This document shows positions 16,800 to 25,951 of a DNA stretch of 32,941 bases, piece after piece. Every line of letters begins with the position of its first letter. Position 1 is the stretch's first letter. Source of the stretch: a virus (Duplodnaviria; Caudoviricetes); IMG/VR virus record IMGVR_UViG_3300035562_000032, positions 1 to 32,941 of that record. One strand, given 5' to 3'. The position numbers and the translations under genes are program-made. The notes below the pieces were generated by a model that saw only the letters and a list, made by a program, of their open reading frames with translations, did not search any database and was not told the DNA's origin.

Positions 16800-17002
16800 T
16801 GAACGTCATCGCGCTTCAAGGGGACACGCTCGACGCGCTGTGTTATCGCGCCTACGGCCGCACCGAGGGCGTGGTCGAGGCTGTGTTGCTGGCTAATCCG
16901 GGGCTGGCTGAGCTGGGTGTCATCTTGCCGCATGGCACGGTGGTCACGCTGCCAGTGATTGACACTGCTCCGGCATCCGAAACCGTTCAGCTATGGGATT
17001 AA
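16799..17002 (+). CDS. X: Tail protein X (LysM-like)
   Basis: ALQGDTLDALCYRAYG...ANPGLA...VQLWD. Confidence 0.93.
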   Translation: MNVIALQGDTLDALCYRAYGRTEGVVEAVLLANPGLAELGVILPHGTVVTLPVIDTAPASETVQLWD

Positions 17003-17004
17003 CC

Positions 17005-17214
17005 ATGGAGAAAGTCACCTCGTTTATTGCCTACGTCGTTGCGGTGCTGCTGGCGTGGGCTGGGAAGTATTCCGCGCAGGATATTGCGTTGATTGTTGGT
17101 GCTGTGGTCGGCGTCGGCACTTTTTTAACTAACTGGTATTACCGCCGCAAAAGCTATTTGCTGCTGAAAAATGTCGGCATCCCCCGGGAGGTTTTCGATG
17201 AAATCAATCGTTAA
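17005..17214 (+). CDS. Holin (HP1/186-like)
   Basis: 69 aa with hydrophobic segments and TFLTNWYYRRK; directly upstream of the endolysin. Confidence 0.85.
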   Translation: MEKVTSFIAYVVAVLLAWAGKYSAQDIALIVGAVVGVGTFLTNWYYRRKSYLLLKNVGIPREVFDEINR

Positions 17215-17707
17215 ACGTTGCAGCGTCGCCGTCGTGCTGGCGCTGGCGGCCCTGTTGCCGGACTTTACCCGGCTGCATACGTCGATGGCGGGCCTTGAGC
17301 TGATTGCCAATCTGGAAGGGTGCCGCCTGAGTCCGTATCAATGCAGTGCGGGCGTCTGGACAAGTGGCATCGGTCACACGGCCGGGGTTAACCCAGGGCG
17401 ACCCATTACCGAGCGGGAAGCGGCGGTCAATCTGGTGGCTGACGTCATGCGGGTCGAGAAACGGCTCGCGCAGTGCATGCCGGTGACCATGCCGCAACCG
17501 GTCTATGACGCCGTGGTCAGCTTTGCGTTTAACGTCGGTACCGGCGCGGCCTGTTCGTCGACGCTGGCGCATTTCATCAATAAAAAACAGTGGTCGTCCG
17601 CGTGCAATCAGCTTCCCCGCTGGGTGTTCGTGAGCGGCGTCAGGTCTGCCGGACTGGAGAACCGCCGGGAGCGGGAAGTGGCGTTATGCATGACGGGGGC
17701 ATTATGA
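17198..17707 (+). CDS. Endolysin, GH24 lysozyme with an N-terminal signal-anchor (SAR-like)
   Basis: Hydrophobic N-terminus KRCSVAVVLALAALL; catalytic E-x8-C-x5-T (LEGCRLSPYQCSAGVWT); FAFNVG. Confidence 0.9.
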   Translation: MKSIVKRCSVAVVLALAALLPDFTRLHTSMAGLELIANLEGCRLSPYQCSAGVWTSGIGHTAGVNPGRPITEREAAVNLVADVMRVEKRLAQCMPVTMPQPVYDAVVSFAFNVGTGAACSSTLAHFINKKQWSSACNQLPRWVFVSGVRSAGLENRREREVALCMTGAL

Positions 17708-18141
17708 GTCGCAGTAGCAAACTTTTTCTGGCGCTGGTGTTGCTGGCGGTCATTGCCTTGATGAAATGGCAGGTGCTTACCCTCGGCGAACGACTGGATG
17801 CCGCGACGCTGGAAAACGTCAGGGTAGCGGCAGCATTAACCGAAAGCCGCACAGCAATCGCGGCGTTGCAGGAAAGTGCCCTGAGTAATGAACGAGAACA
17901 GGTCATTTTGCGTCAGCGTATCACCGCCGCTGACCAACTGGCGAACCGCCGAAACCACACCATTACGAGGCTGCTCAATGAAAATGAAGTGCTGCGCCGC
18001 TGGTATCAGTCTGCTTTGCCTGATGACGTTATCGGGCTGCACACCCGCCCCGATTTTGCCACCCCCGACGATTATTTACGCTGGTTGTCCGAGGGTCAGC
18101 AGTTGCCCGCTGCCCGGCAGCAACCCGAAAACCAACGGTGA
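17704..18141 (+). CDS. lysB: Inner-membrane spanin (Rz-like)
   Basis: N-terminal TM, coiled coil, and LLNENEVLRRW..SALPDDVI motif. Confidence 0.88.
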   Translation: MSRSSKLFLALVLLAVIALMKWQVLTLGERLDAATLENVRVAAALTESRTAIAALQESALSNEREQVILRQRITAADQLANRRNHTITRLLNENEVLRRWYQSALPDDVIGLHTRPDFATPDDYLRWLSEGQQLPAARQQPENQR

Positions 18142-18268
18142 TTTAAGCGCGGATATTTTCAATCTTGAGCGTGCGCTGGTGAGCTGTGCGCTACAGGTTG
18201 AGACCGTAAAAAAATGTCAGGAGGAACACGATGTTAAAGCCGAAAAGTCTGCGCAAAGCGCTCTATGA
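17978..18268 (+). CDS. lysC: Outer-membrane spanin lipoprotein (Rz1-like)
   Basis: Lipobox LSGC, Pro-rich stretch, CP.V..C.LP...TNGDL motif; overlaps lysB in another frame. Confidence 0.85.
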   Translation: MKMKCCAAGISLLCLMTLSGCTPAPILPPPTIIYAGCPRVSSCPLPGSNPKTNGDLSADIFNLERALVSCALQVETVKKCQEEHDVKAEKSAQSAL

Positions 18269-18698
18269 CGCAGTGCCGAAACTCAAGGCCAACCCGGATA
18301 TGCTGCGCATTTTCATCGATAGCGGTGTCATCGGTGCAACGCTGGCCGCGTCCTTATCCTTTGAAAATCGCTACACGCTTAACGTCATGGTAACCGACTA
18401 CCCGGATGATATTGATTTTCTGCTGGTGCCCATTGAGGCATGGTTGCGGGAAAATCAGCCCGATATCATGACGGCGGACGAGGGCAAGAAAAAGGGCTTT
18501 ACCTACATCGCCGATATTAATAAAGACGACAGCTATGACCTCAGTATCAGCCTGCAACTGACGGAGCGCACGATAGTGAAAGAGGTCAATCGCGAGCTGC
18601 ACGTCTCGCACGCGCCGGAGCCACCCTTACCGATACCGGTGGAAAGCCCGACACATCTTTATGCTAATGGCGAGTTGGTGAGTAAATGGGATGAATGA
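18231..18698 (+). CDS. R: Tail completion protein R
   Basis: MLKPKSLRKAL, WLRENQPD and LQLTER motifs. Confidence 0.92.
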   Translation: MLKPKSLRKALYDAVPKLKANPDMLRIFIDSGVIGATLAASLSFENRYTLNVMVTDYPDDIDFLLVPIEAWLRENQPDIMTADEGKKKGFTYIADINKDDSYDLSISLQLTERTIVKEVNRELHVSHAPEPPLPIPVESPTHLYANGELVSKWDE

Positions 18699-19140
18699 AT
18701 TAAAGCCCTTTGATGACAAGCTGGCTGTGCTGGTTGCGGGGATGTCCGCCTCCAGCCGTCGCCAGATGGCCGCCGAGATTGCGAAACGCCTGCGCACCAG
18801 TCAACAGGGGCGAATTAAGCGCCAGCAGGCACCGGACGGCACGCCTTATGCCGACCGCAAGCGTCAACCTATTCGTAGCAAAAAAGGGCGGGTTAAGCGC
18901 GAAATGTTCGCCAAGCTGCGCACCAATCGCTACATGAAAGCCAAAGGGTCGGCTGATGAGGCGCTGGTCGAGTTTGCGGGCCGTGTGCAGCGCATTGCGC
19001 GCGTGCATCAGGAGGGTTTACGTGACCGGCCGAATCGCCATAGCCGCGACGTGCAATATGACGCGCGGCCGTTATTGGGCTTTAGCGAAGCTGACCGGCA
19101 GATTGTGGAAGATGTGATTATTACCCGATTGAGCGAATAG
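18691..19140 (+). CDS. S: Tail completion/virion morphogenesis protein S
   Basis: QQAPDGTPY, MFAKLR, RIARVHQEG and RPLLGF motifs. Confidence 0.92.
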   Translation: MNELKPFDDKLAVLVAGMSASSRRQMAAEIAKRLRTSQQGRIKRQQAPDGTPYADRKRQPIRSKKGRVKREMFAKLRTNRYMKAKGSADEALVEFAGRVQRIARVHQEGLRDRPNRHSRDVQYDARPLLGFSEADRQIVEDVIITRLSE

Positions 19141-19145
19141 CGCGT

Positions 19146-19163
19146 TGTCTGGCGGGCCATCCT
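19146..19163 (+). promoter_or_regulatory. Candidate Ogr-binding site of the V late promoter
   Basis: TGTCTGGCGGGCCATCCT upstream of V. Confidence 0.55.
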
Positions 19164-19209
19164 ACGCCCGCAAATTGCCGCTGGATCTCTTCAGCGGCAT
19201 CCTTTCCCC

Positions 19210-19851
19210 ATGAACACACTCGAAACGATTTCAGAACTCGCGCGCGCAGTGCGCAACCTCATCCGTATTGGCGTCATCGTAGACGTTGACACCGTGCAGG
19301 CGCGTTGTCGCGTTCAACTTGGCGGTAATACGTCGGACTGGTTGCAATGGCTGACCTGTCGCGCCGGTGGTGCGCGCACATGGTGGGCGCCGTCCATGGG
19401 CGAGCAGGTATTGCTGTTGGCGTTAGGCGGCGAACTCGACACCGCTTTTGTGCTGCCGGGTATTTTTTCCGACGACTTTCCGGCCCCGTCGGCGTCGGCC
19501 CATGCCTATCACGTTAGCTTTCCCGATGGTGCTGTCATCGAATACGAGCCGGAAACCGGCGCGTTGGCCGTTACCGGTATTAAAACTGCTGACGTGCAAG
19601 CGTCCGAGTCGATAACCGCCAATACCAAAGTGGTGATGGTAAAAGCCGCAGAAAGCATCACCCTCGACACACCGGAGGTGGTCTGCACTAACAAACTGAC
19701 CACCGGCACGCTGGAGGTGAAAAAAGGCGGGAAAATGTCGGGGGATATCGAGCATGGCGACGGCACCTTTAAATCGAACGGTGTGCAAGTTGATAAACAC
19801 GGTCACGGTGGTGTGCAGCGCGGCAATGACTGGACGGAGGAAACTAAATGA
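19210..19851 (+). CDS. V: Baseplate spike protein V
   Basis: NLIRIG, WWAPSMGEQV, FPDGAVIEYEP motifs and a C-terminal HGH metal-binding motif. Confidence 0.93.
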   Translation: MNTLETISELARAVRNLIRIGVIVDVDTVQARCRVQLGGNTSDWLQWLTCRAGGARTWWAPSMGEQVLLLALGGELDTAFVLPGIFSDDFPAPSASAHAYHVSFPDGAVIEYEPETGALAVTGIKTADVQASESITANTKVVMVKAAESITLDTPEVVCTNKLTTGTLEVKKGGKMSGDIEHGDGTFKSNGVQVDKHGHGGVQRGNDWTEETK

Positions 19852-20198
19852 CCGTGAGATACACCGGCATGAACCGGGACACCGGCCGGACTCTGACGGA
19901 TAGCGAGCATATCAGCCAGAGCGTGCGCGATATCCTCATCACACCAATTGGCTCGCGGGTGATGCGTCGTGAGTATGGCTCGCTTCTGTCAGCTCTGATT
20001 GACCAGCCGCAAAGCCCAGCAGTGAACGGGCAGGTGATGGCCGCGTGCTACATGGCAATCCTCAAATGGGAGCCGCGCGTCAGGTTGACGTCTATCACCT
20101 TCGAGAAAGCCTTCAACGGTCAGATGTTCGTTGATATTACCGGCGTGCGCCAAGACACCACTGGCGGCACATTTTCGCTAACCGTTCCACTGAGCTGA
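19848..20198 (+). CDS. W: Baseplate protein W (gp25-like)
   Basis: HISQSVRDILITPIGSRVMRREYGS and WEPR motifs. Confidence 0.94.
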   Translation: MTVRYTGMNRDTGRTLTDSEHISQSVRDILITPIGSRVMRREYGSLLSALIDQPQSPAVNGQVMAACYMAILKWEPRVRLTSITFEKAFNGQMFVDITGVRQDTTGGTFSLTVPLS

Positions 20199-20202
20199 CA
20201 CC

Positions 20203-21111
20203 ATGGCAACTATCGATTTAAGCCAGTTACCCGCACCGAATGTCGTTGAACCGCTGGACTATGAAACCCTGCTTGCCGAGCGCAAGGCAACGCTGATTTC
20301 TTTGTACCCGGCAGACCAGCAGGAAGCCATTGCCCGCACTTTGTCGCTGGAGTCCGAGCCTATCGTCAAGCTCCTTCAGGAGAATGCCTATCGTGAGGTT
20401 ATCTTGCGCCAGCGTGTCAATGAGGCTGCACAGGCGGTCATGGTGGCCTATGCGGGGGGTGCTGACCTCGACCAACTCGGCGCGAACAACAACACCCCGC
20501 GACTGACCATTGCCCCGGCGGATGATTCAGCTATCCCGCCCGTTGCTGCCGTTATGGAGTCAGACGAGGATTTTCGCCCTCGCATCCCGGCAGCCTTCGA
20601 GGGTATGTCAGTCGCGGGGCCGGTGGGGGCGTATGAGTTTCACGCCCTGAGCGCTGACGGCCGTGTAGCAGATGCCTCGGTATTTAGCCCAGCACCTTCG
20701 GAAGTGGTTGTCACCATTCTCTCACGCGAGGGTAACGGTACAGCCTCGCCGGAGCTATTGGAGATAGTCAGAACCCGATTGAATGATGAGGCCGTGCGGC
20801 CGGTCGCTGACCGGGTAACGGTACAGTCTGCGAAAATTATTGATTACCAAATAGAGTCAACGCTATTTGTCTTGCCTGACCCAGCGGTTGAGCCTATTAA
20901 GGCTGCTGCTGACCAACGCCTGATGGCATATACCAAAGCGCAGCGTCGCCTCGGCCGTGACATTCGTCGCTCAGCCATTTATGCCGCGCTGCATGTGAGT
21001 GGTGTGCAGCGCGTTGAGCTGCCAGCCCCTCAAGCTGATTTGGTGCTGGATAAAACGCAAGCATCAAATTGCACCGGCTATCAAATCTTAATCGGTGGCT
21101 CTGATGAATAG
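20203..21111 (+). CDS. J: Baseplate protein J
   Basis: IDLSQLPAP, LESEPIVKLLQENAYRE and VRPVADRV motifs; 302 aa. Confidence 0.94.
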   Translation: MATIDLSQLPAPNVVEPLDYETLLAERKATLISLYPADQQEAIARTLSLESEPIVKLLQENAYREVILRQRVNEAAQAVMVAYAGGADLDQLGANNNTPRLTIAPADDSAIPPVAAVMESDEDFRPRIPAAFEGMSVAGPVGAYEFHALSADGRVADASVFSPAPSEVVVTILSREGNGTASPELLEIVRTRLNDEAVRPVADRVTVQSAKIIDYQIESTLFVLPDPAVEPIKAAADQRLMAYTKAQRRLGRDIRRSAIYAALHVSGVQRVELPAPQADLVLDKTQASNCTGYQILIGGSDE

Positions 21112-21703
21112 CGTGTTACCAGCGGGGTCATCTACGCTGGAGCGCCGCGCGGCCGAGGCTTGCGCGGTGGGCATGGATTTACATGTGCCGCTGCGCGACT
21201 TGTGGAACCCGATGCGATGCCCGGTCAAATTCCTGCCGTATCTGGCATGGGCGTTTTCCGTTGACCGCTGGGATGAGGACTGGCCGGAGGCGGAAAAACG
21301 CAAGGCCGTCAGCGATGCGTTTTACATTCACCGTCGCAAAGGCACGGTTGCCGCAATTCGCCGCGTGATTGAAAACATGGGTTTCAGCATGAGCATTGCC
21401 GAGTGGTGGGAAGTGGCTGACCCTGCCGGGACGTTTCGCCTCACCATTGACGTCAATGAAATTGGCATCACTGAGGAGCTTGTTAATGAACTTGAACGAT
21501 TAATCGGCGAAGCAAAGTCAGCAAGTCGTCATATAGCTCATTTGTCTATTTCTACACAAACCAGCGGAAATATATATGTCGCTGCATCCGCATTTGATGG
21601 CGATATCGTGACGATTTATCCATCGGGCTATGAACCAAAAGTGAAGGTGAAATACAACGGCTTGCCAAGTTTCGGCGGCAATTACAGATACTCCGGGGAG
21701 TAG
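21104..21703 (+). CDS. I: Baseplate/tail protein I
   Basis: LWNP..CP..FLPYLAWAFSVDRWD and HRRKGT motifs; extended C-terminus. Confidence 0.92.
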   Translation: MNSVLPAGSSTLERRAAEACAVGMDLHVPLRDLWNPMRCPVKFLPYLAWAFSVDRWDEDWPEAEKRKAVSDAFYIHRRKGTVAAIRRVIENMGFSMSIAEWWEVADPAGTFRLTIDVNEIGITEELVNELERLIGEAKSASRHIAHLSISTQTSGNIYVAASAFDGDIVTIYPSGYEPKVKVKYNGLPSFGGNYRYSGE

Positions 21704-21704
21704 C

Positions 21705-23852
21705 ATGACGAAAATTACTGAAAATGGCCGCTGGGAAAATGGTGTTTATCAAATTCAGCGCGGTGATGAGGTTTCGGGCGGGCGTGACGGTATCGCAAAT
21801 ATACAGGCGCAACAACTGGCAAATCGCACCCAATATCTGAAACAGACTATAGAAGGGCTTTCTATCGGTGAGCAGCCTTTTGATAATGAAGAAAAGGCAC
21901 AGGCAAAAATCAATGATGGCAGTATTCCATTAAATGCACGTTTTTCTGTGCGGATTGAGAACGCCGACGCATGGGTGGCTGAATATAAAAATATTAATGG
22001 CATAGCTACACCAACGGGAAGAACATTACCGACAGGTGAGCTTGTTAAAAAAGTAACGGAGTATTTTCACGTCAATGAGGCAATGAGTAATCTGTTGTTG
22101 GATATTGTTGACGATGATTATTTTTCTGTGTGGCGGCTGTTTGATAACGGTGCCTTTGGCACCATTAAAAGCTTGCTCTCTCCGCAGGGGGTTTTTCTTG
22201 ATGACCTGAAAATTACCCACGCAGGCGACAAGCCCGGCGTTATTTATCAGGATGCAGATGATTTTACCGTTGAGATTGTCAGCGAGTCAGGTGATGTTGC
22301 GCCGAAAGCATTACAAGGGCATGGCGTATTTTCAACTCAAACAACATCTGATGCATGGTTGCGGCTAGAAGACGTAGACGGATTTTTTAAAGACTATATC
22401 GATCTCGCTGGGAACATGCTCGGTGGCGGTAGTTCCGCGCAAGAGTTTGACCTTGTTGGTTACGACGCGCAAAACAAAGCCTATTCGCAGTCGGTGCGTG
22501 ACCGCTATAACGCAGATATTCAGCGACTTGTTTCCGCTTTAAATCATCTGGTGATATACAGCCAAAGCCTCGGCACACAACAGGAAGGACACCCGGCACT
22601 CAGCAAAGAACCTATCGACGGTTACGATAATCTGATGTTGGGTGACAGCGTGCGTCCGAAAAGTCGAACCGCCGCCGAGTTTGTTCCTGTCGGTGAGGCC
22701 GTTCTCAAGCCCTTGAAAGCCGTTGTTCAATCGGGAGATGGCAGCAATGTCCTTACTGATTCGGAAGTTGCCGCACTGGCCCCGAATGCAGGGAATGAAG
22801 GTGAAGGTGGTGCGGCGCTGGGGAATTTTCTGCGCAAGCTGTGGCTGCAAAGTAATTGTCTGGAGCGTGATGCGGCGCGTCGAGTTGTGGTATCAAGCAC
22901 CGGGGTGAACGGTCGAACCATTGAAGAACTTTCAAAAGGTGCAAAGCCTGAGCTGTATCAGCGTCCACTTCAAGCTGTACAGCAAGTAAAAGATATTGCG
23001 GCTCAAATGGGGGTAAGTTATTCCATAGCAGCCTTCGTTTTCCTCCAGGGTGAATGGAACTATAACGGTACACGTGGCGGCGTACAGACCAAAGATGGCT
23101 ATGAAGGAAAGTTAGAAACGCTATTCCCGAATATGACAGATGACATGGCGTATGGCATCGCGGGCCAAAAATCCCCGCCAGCGATATTCATGTACCAGAC
23201 TGGCGGCGGATATACCGTTGATAAATTCGATTTGGCGATTGGGATGGCGCAATGGGAGTTCTGCAAAAAGAATAAGAATGCATACCTTGTCACTCCGGCT
23301 TACCCATATCCAGATAAAGGCGGCCATTTAACAAGTAATGGCTACCGCTGGATGGATATGCAGTTTGCCAAAGTTATGCACCGTGTATTGAACGAGGGGC
23401 AGGGATGGGAGGCGCTCGGCCCTATTCGAATCATTCGTATTGGTCGGGTGGTTTATGTTCTGTATCACGTACCAAGCCCGCCGCTGCAATTCCGGCCTGC
23501 CTACGTGGGAAGGGTGCCGACAATGTATGCCGATAAGGGATTCAGGGTCACGGACTCAACAGACTCAGTCGTCCCAATAGAGTCCGTTGAGATTGCGGCT
23601 GACACCATTATAAAAATCACTCTTGCGGCTGAGCCTATGGGGGCGGCGAAATTATGGTACGGCGATAAAACGGCTCATAACGGCAACGGAAACATATTTG
23701 ACAGTGATTCTTTTGCATCACTGGCTAATTACGAATATCAGGCAGGTTCAGGCCAAACAGCGGATGAAAATATTGCCGAACTGGTTGGTAAACCTTATCC
23801 ATTAAATAACCCATCGGTGCAATTTTGTGAGCCGATCGAAATCGGAGTGTAA
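21705..23852 (+). CDS. Putative tailspike/receptor-binding protein with an SGNH (SASA-like) carbohydrate esterase domain
   Basis: Fibre-type N-terminus W..GVYQI...V.GG.DGIAN.QAQQLANRT.YLK; SQS (22560), QGE (23046) and D-x3-H (23313-23327) esterase blocks. Confidence 0.7.
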   Translation: MTKITENGRWENGVYQIQRGDEVSGGRDGIANIQAQQLANRTQYLKQTIEGLSIGEQPFDNEEKAQAKINDGSIPLNARFSVRIENADAWVAEYKNINGIATPTGRTLPTGELVKKVTEYFHVNEAMSNLLLDIVDDDYFSVWRLFDNGAFGTIKSLLSPQGVFLDDLKITHAGDKPGVIYQDADDFTVEIVSESGDVAPKALQGHGVFSTQTTSDAWLRLEDVDGFFKDYIDLAGNMLGGGSSAQEFDLVGYDAQNKAYSQSVRDRYNADIQRLVSALNHLVIYSQSLGTQQEGHPALSKEPIDGYDNLMLGDSVRPKSRTAAEFVPVGEAVLKPLKAVVQSGDGSNVLTDSEVAALAPNAGNEGEGGAALGNFLRKLWLQSNCLERDAARRVVVSSTGVNGRTIEELSKGAKPELYQRPLQAVQQVKDIAAQMGVSYSIAAFVFLQGEWNYNGTRGGVQTKDGYEGKLETLFPNMTDDMAYGIAGQKSPPAIFMYQTGGGYTVDKFDLAIGMAQWEFCKKNKNAYLVTPAYPYPDKGGHLTSNGYRWMDMQFAKVMHRVLNEGQGWEALGPIRIIRIGRVVYVLYHVPSPPLQFRPAYVGRVPTMYADKGFRVTDSTDSVVPIESVEIAADTIIKITLAAEPMGAAKLWYGDKTAHNGNGNIFDSDSFASLANYEYQAGSGQTADENIAELVGKPYPLNNPSVQFCEPIEIGV

Positions 23853-23857
23853 TTACT

Positions 23858-24601
23858 ATGGTCATGGTCATTAAATCAAATGTTGCCGGTGCGTCAATTT
23901 CAAAACCAGATGGCTGGAATCCGCCGTTTAGCACTGAGGGGTTGAAATATGCCAATATTTTCGGGCGTGGAAATCTGACCGCTAATTTAGCACCCGGCGG
24001 TGTACCTGCAATAGCCTATGGAAACCCAACTCAGAAAGGTGAGGCTTTCGAGTTTTCGACTAATAATTATTTGGATACTCGCGTGCCGACAAGCGAGAAA
24101 GCCACACTGATTTCAATCGCCACCAATACCGACTCAACGCAGACGGGACGTTGCTTTTTAATTTCGAGCTTCAAAGGTAGCGTTGATGCAGGAAAGTCGC
24201 TGTTAACACAAGGGTCCCCACCATCAACGCTTTTTATGTATTCACACTATAAAGGAACCGGCGCGGATGGCAGTCCATGGAGTAATGCATACAGTACGAG
24301 CCTCAATACGCTGAGCACATACCGCAGCCCGGCATTTTTCTATGGCAAAGATATGGGTAACGCACTGCACCTCGGTGACCTGACAAACGCGAAAGCAAAA
24401 GTTTCGCCACCGGGGCTGCCGATAACCTCTTTCGCAAACCCCGCGCTCACTTATCTGATTGGCCAGAGTAGGGTTGAAGGTTCACCAAAACACCTCCAGT
24501 ACGCCGACCTGATTTTTGACCGCGCATTGAGTGATGAAGAGTTGATGCAGATTTACCAGTATTTCCAGATGTATTACAGCCGTCGCGGGATCCACATTTA
24601 A
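23858..24601 (+). CDS. Hypothetical tail-associated protein, possibly a ConA/LamG-like beta-sandwich
   Basis: 247 aa, beta-rich; C-terminal IFDRALSDEEL resembles the LamG-3 terminal motif; 5 nt after the tailspike stop. Confidence 0.55.
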   Translation: MVMVIKSNVAGASISKPDGWNPPFSTEGLKYANIFGRGNLTANLAPGGVPAIAYGNPTQKGEAFEFSTNNYLDTRVPTSEKATLISIATNTDSTQTGRCFLISSFKGSVDAGKSLLTQGSPPSTLFMYSHYKGTGADGSPWSNAYSTSLNTLSTYRSPAFFYGKDMGNALHLGDLTNAKAKVSPPGLPITSFANPALTYLIGQSRVEGSPKHLQYADLIFDRALSDEELMQIYQYFQMYYSRRGIHI

Positions 24602-24641
24602 TTAGCCATTGGGGCACTTATAAGATTGTGGAGGTCTGAGA

Positions 24642-25805
24642 GTGAATGATAAAAAATTCAGCGCGTTAATCACTACGGCTGGCGCAGAAAGACTGGCAAA
24701 TGCAGCGGTAACAGGTATGCCGGTTGCTATATCGGAAATGGCCGTCGGCGATGGCGGCGGCGCACTGCCAATACCGACAAAAATCAGCCGTGGTCTGGTG
24801 GGTGAACATTATCGCGGCGCACTGAACAAGCTGGTGATAGCTGACATTGACGCCAGCGTCATCGAGGCTGAAATGATTATGCCGCCACAAATCGGCGGGT
24901 TCTGGCTGCGTGAGTTGGCGCTCTATGCTGATGATGGTGAGTGTATTGCCGTCGGCAACATGCCTGAAACCTATAAGCCGCAGCTTTCCGAGGGGGCTGG
25001 ACGCTTTCAGATTATCAGGGTGCAGTTGAAAATCAGTAGTACCGAAGCGGTAGAATTGATTGTTGATCCGTCCGTTATTTTAGCAACGTCCGAGGACGTC
25101 AGGGCCGCTGAAAATACTGCGAAGGATTATGCAGATGAGCAGCTTAGCGAGCACGCGCATTCACGCAACCACCCTGATGCTACGCTGAAAGAAAAAGGAT
25201 TTACTCAGCTTAGCAGCGAAACGGACAGCGATAGCGAAGCGTTGGCCGCCACCCCGGCCGCCATTAAAAAGGCCATTGCGGCCGCAGTACGCGAGAGTTG
25301 GGAGTTATCAAACCCCGTCGGCATCAGTCATTTCTTTTTTGCCAACGTCGACCCTAACGCCCGCTGGCCGTGGTCAAAGTGGGAATATACCGGCGAGGGG
25401 AGGACGGTGCGTATCGCCAAGCGGGATGGCTCCAATGTGGGGCAGCCCGGCGGCAGTGATACCGTGATAATCAGCCGCGCAAATTTGCCTGCCGAAAAGA
25501 TTGCGGTGAGTGGCACGGCCCAAGATACCGACCTTGGCACCAAGAGAACTAGGGCGGCCGGGAAGCACGTTCACCATGGCACGCCAAAGCGTAATAGCAA
25601 TTATGAACTGGGTGGGAATAACCGCGTATTCTTTGACCCGTATGCCGAAGGTGATACGGATGAAGCTGGCGAGCATGACCACGAAATGGACCTCGGGACG
25701 CACGGTCACAATGTTACAGGGGAAACGGATGCGCTGGGTAGCGGTCAGGCTGTCAGCGTTGTCGAAAGCCATGTACTGCAAATGTGCTGGCACCGCATAG
25801 CATAA
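24642..25805 (+). CDS. H: Short tail fibre H
   Basis: P2 H N-terminus (MAVGDGGG, GGFWLRE, VGNMPETYKP), fibre repeat HPDATLKEKGFTQLSS..ALAATP, three HxH motifs; GTG start after GGAGG. Confidence 0.85.
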   Translation: MNDKKFSALITTAGAERLANAAVTGMPVAISEMAVGDGGGALPIPTKISRGLVGEHYRGALNKLVIADIDASVIEAEMIMPPQIGGFWLRELALYADDGECIAVGNMPETYKPQLSEGAGRFQIIRVQLKISSTEAVELIVDPSVILATSEDVRAAENTAKDYADEQLSEHAHSRNHPDATLKEKGFTQLSSETDSDSEALAATPAAIKKAIAAAVRESWELSNPVGISHFFFANVDPNARWPWSKWEYTGEGRTVRIAKRDGSNVGQPGGSDTVIISRANLPAEKIAVSGTAQDTDLGTKRTRAAGKHVHHGTPKRNSNYELGGNNRVFFDPYAEGDTDEAGEHDHEMDLGTHGHNVTGETDALGSGQAVSVVESHVLQMCWHRIA

Positions 25806-25832
25806 AAAAATGGCCCGCATGTGCGGGCCGTT
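25804..25832. terminator. Hairpin/terminator after H
   Basis: A7 followed by GGCCCGCA-TG-TGCGGGCC; the U-tract is on the minus strand. Confidence 0.6.
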
Positions 25833-25905
25833 GTCTACCTACGGCATTTCCCTGATGTTGCCGGATAGATAAGCCACCCTAACCGCTACGGCTAAATTTC
25901 GTCCA

Positions 25906-25951
25906 ATCGATTACGTAGATCAATGCGTCGATATTGATCGGCCAAATCGAT
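25906..25951. repeat. Hyphenated perfect inverted repeat
   Basis: ATCGATT-N5-GATCAAT-N8-ATTGATC-N5-AATCGAT. Confidence 0.75.
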
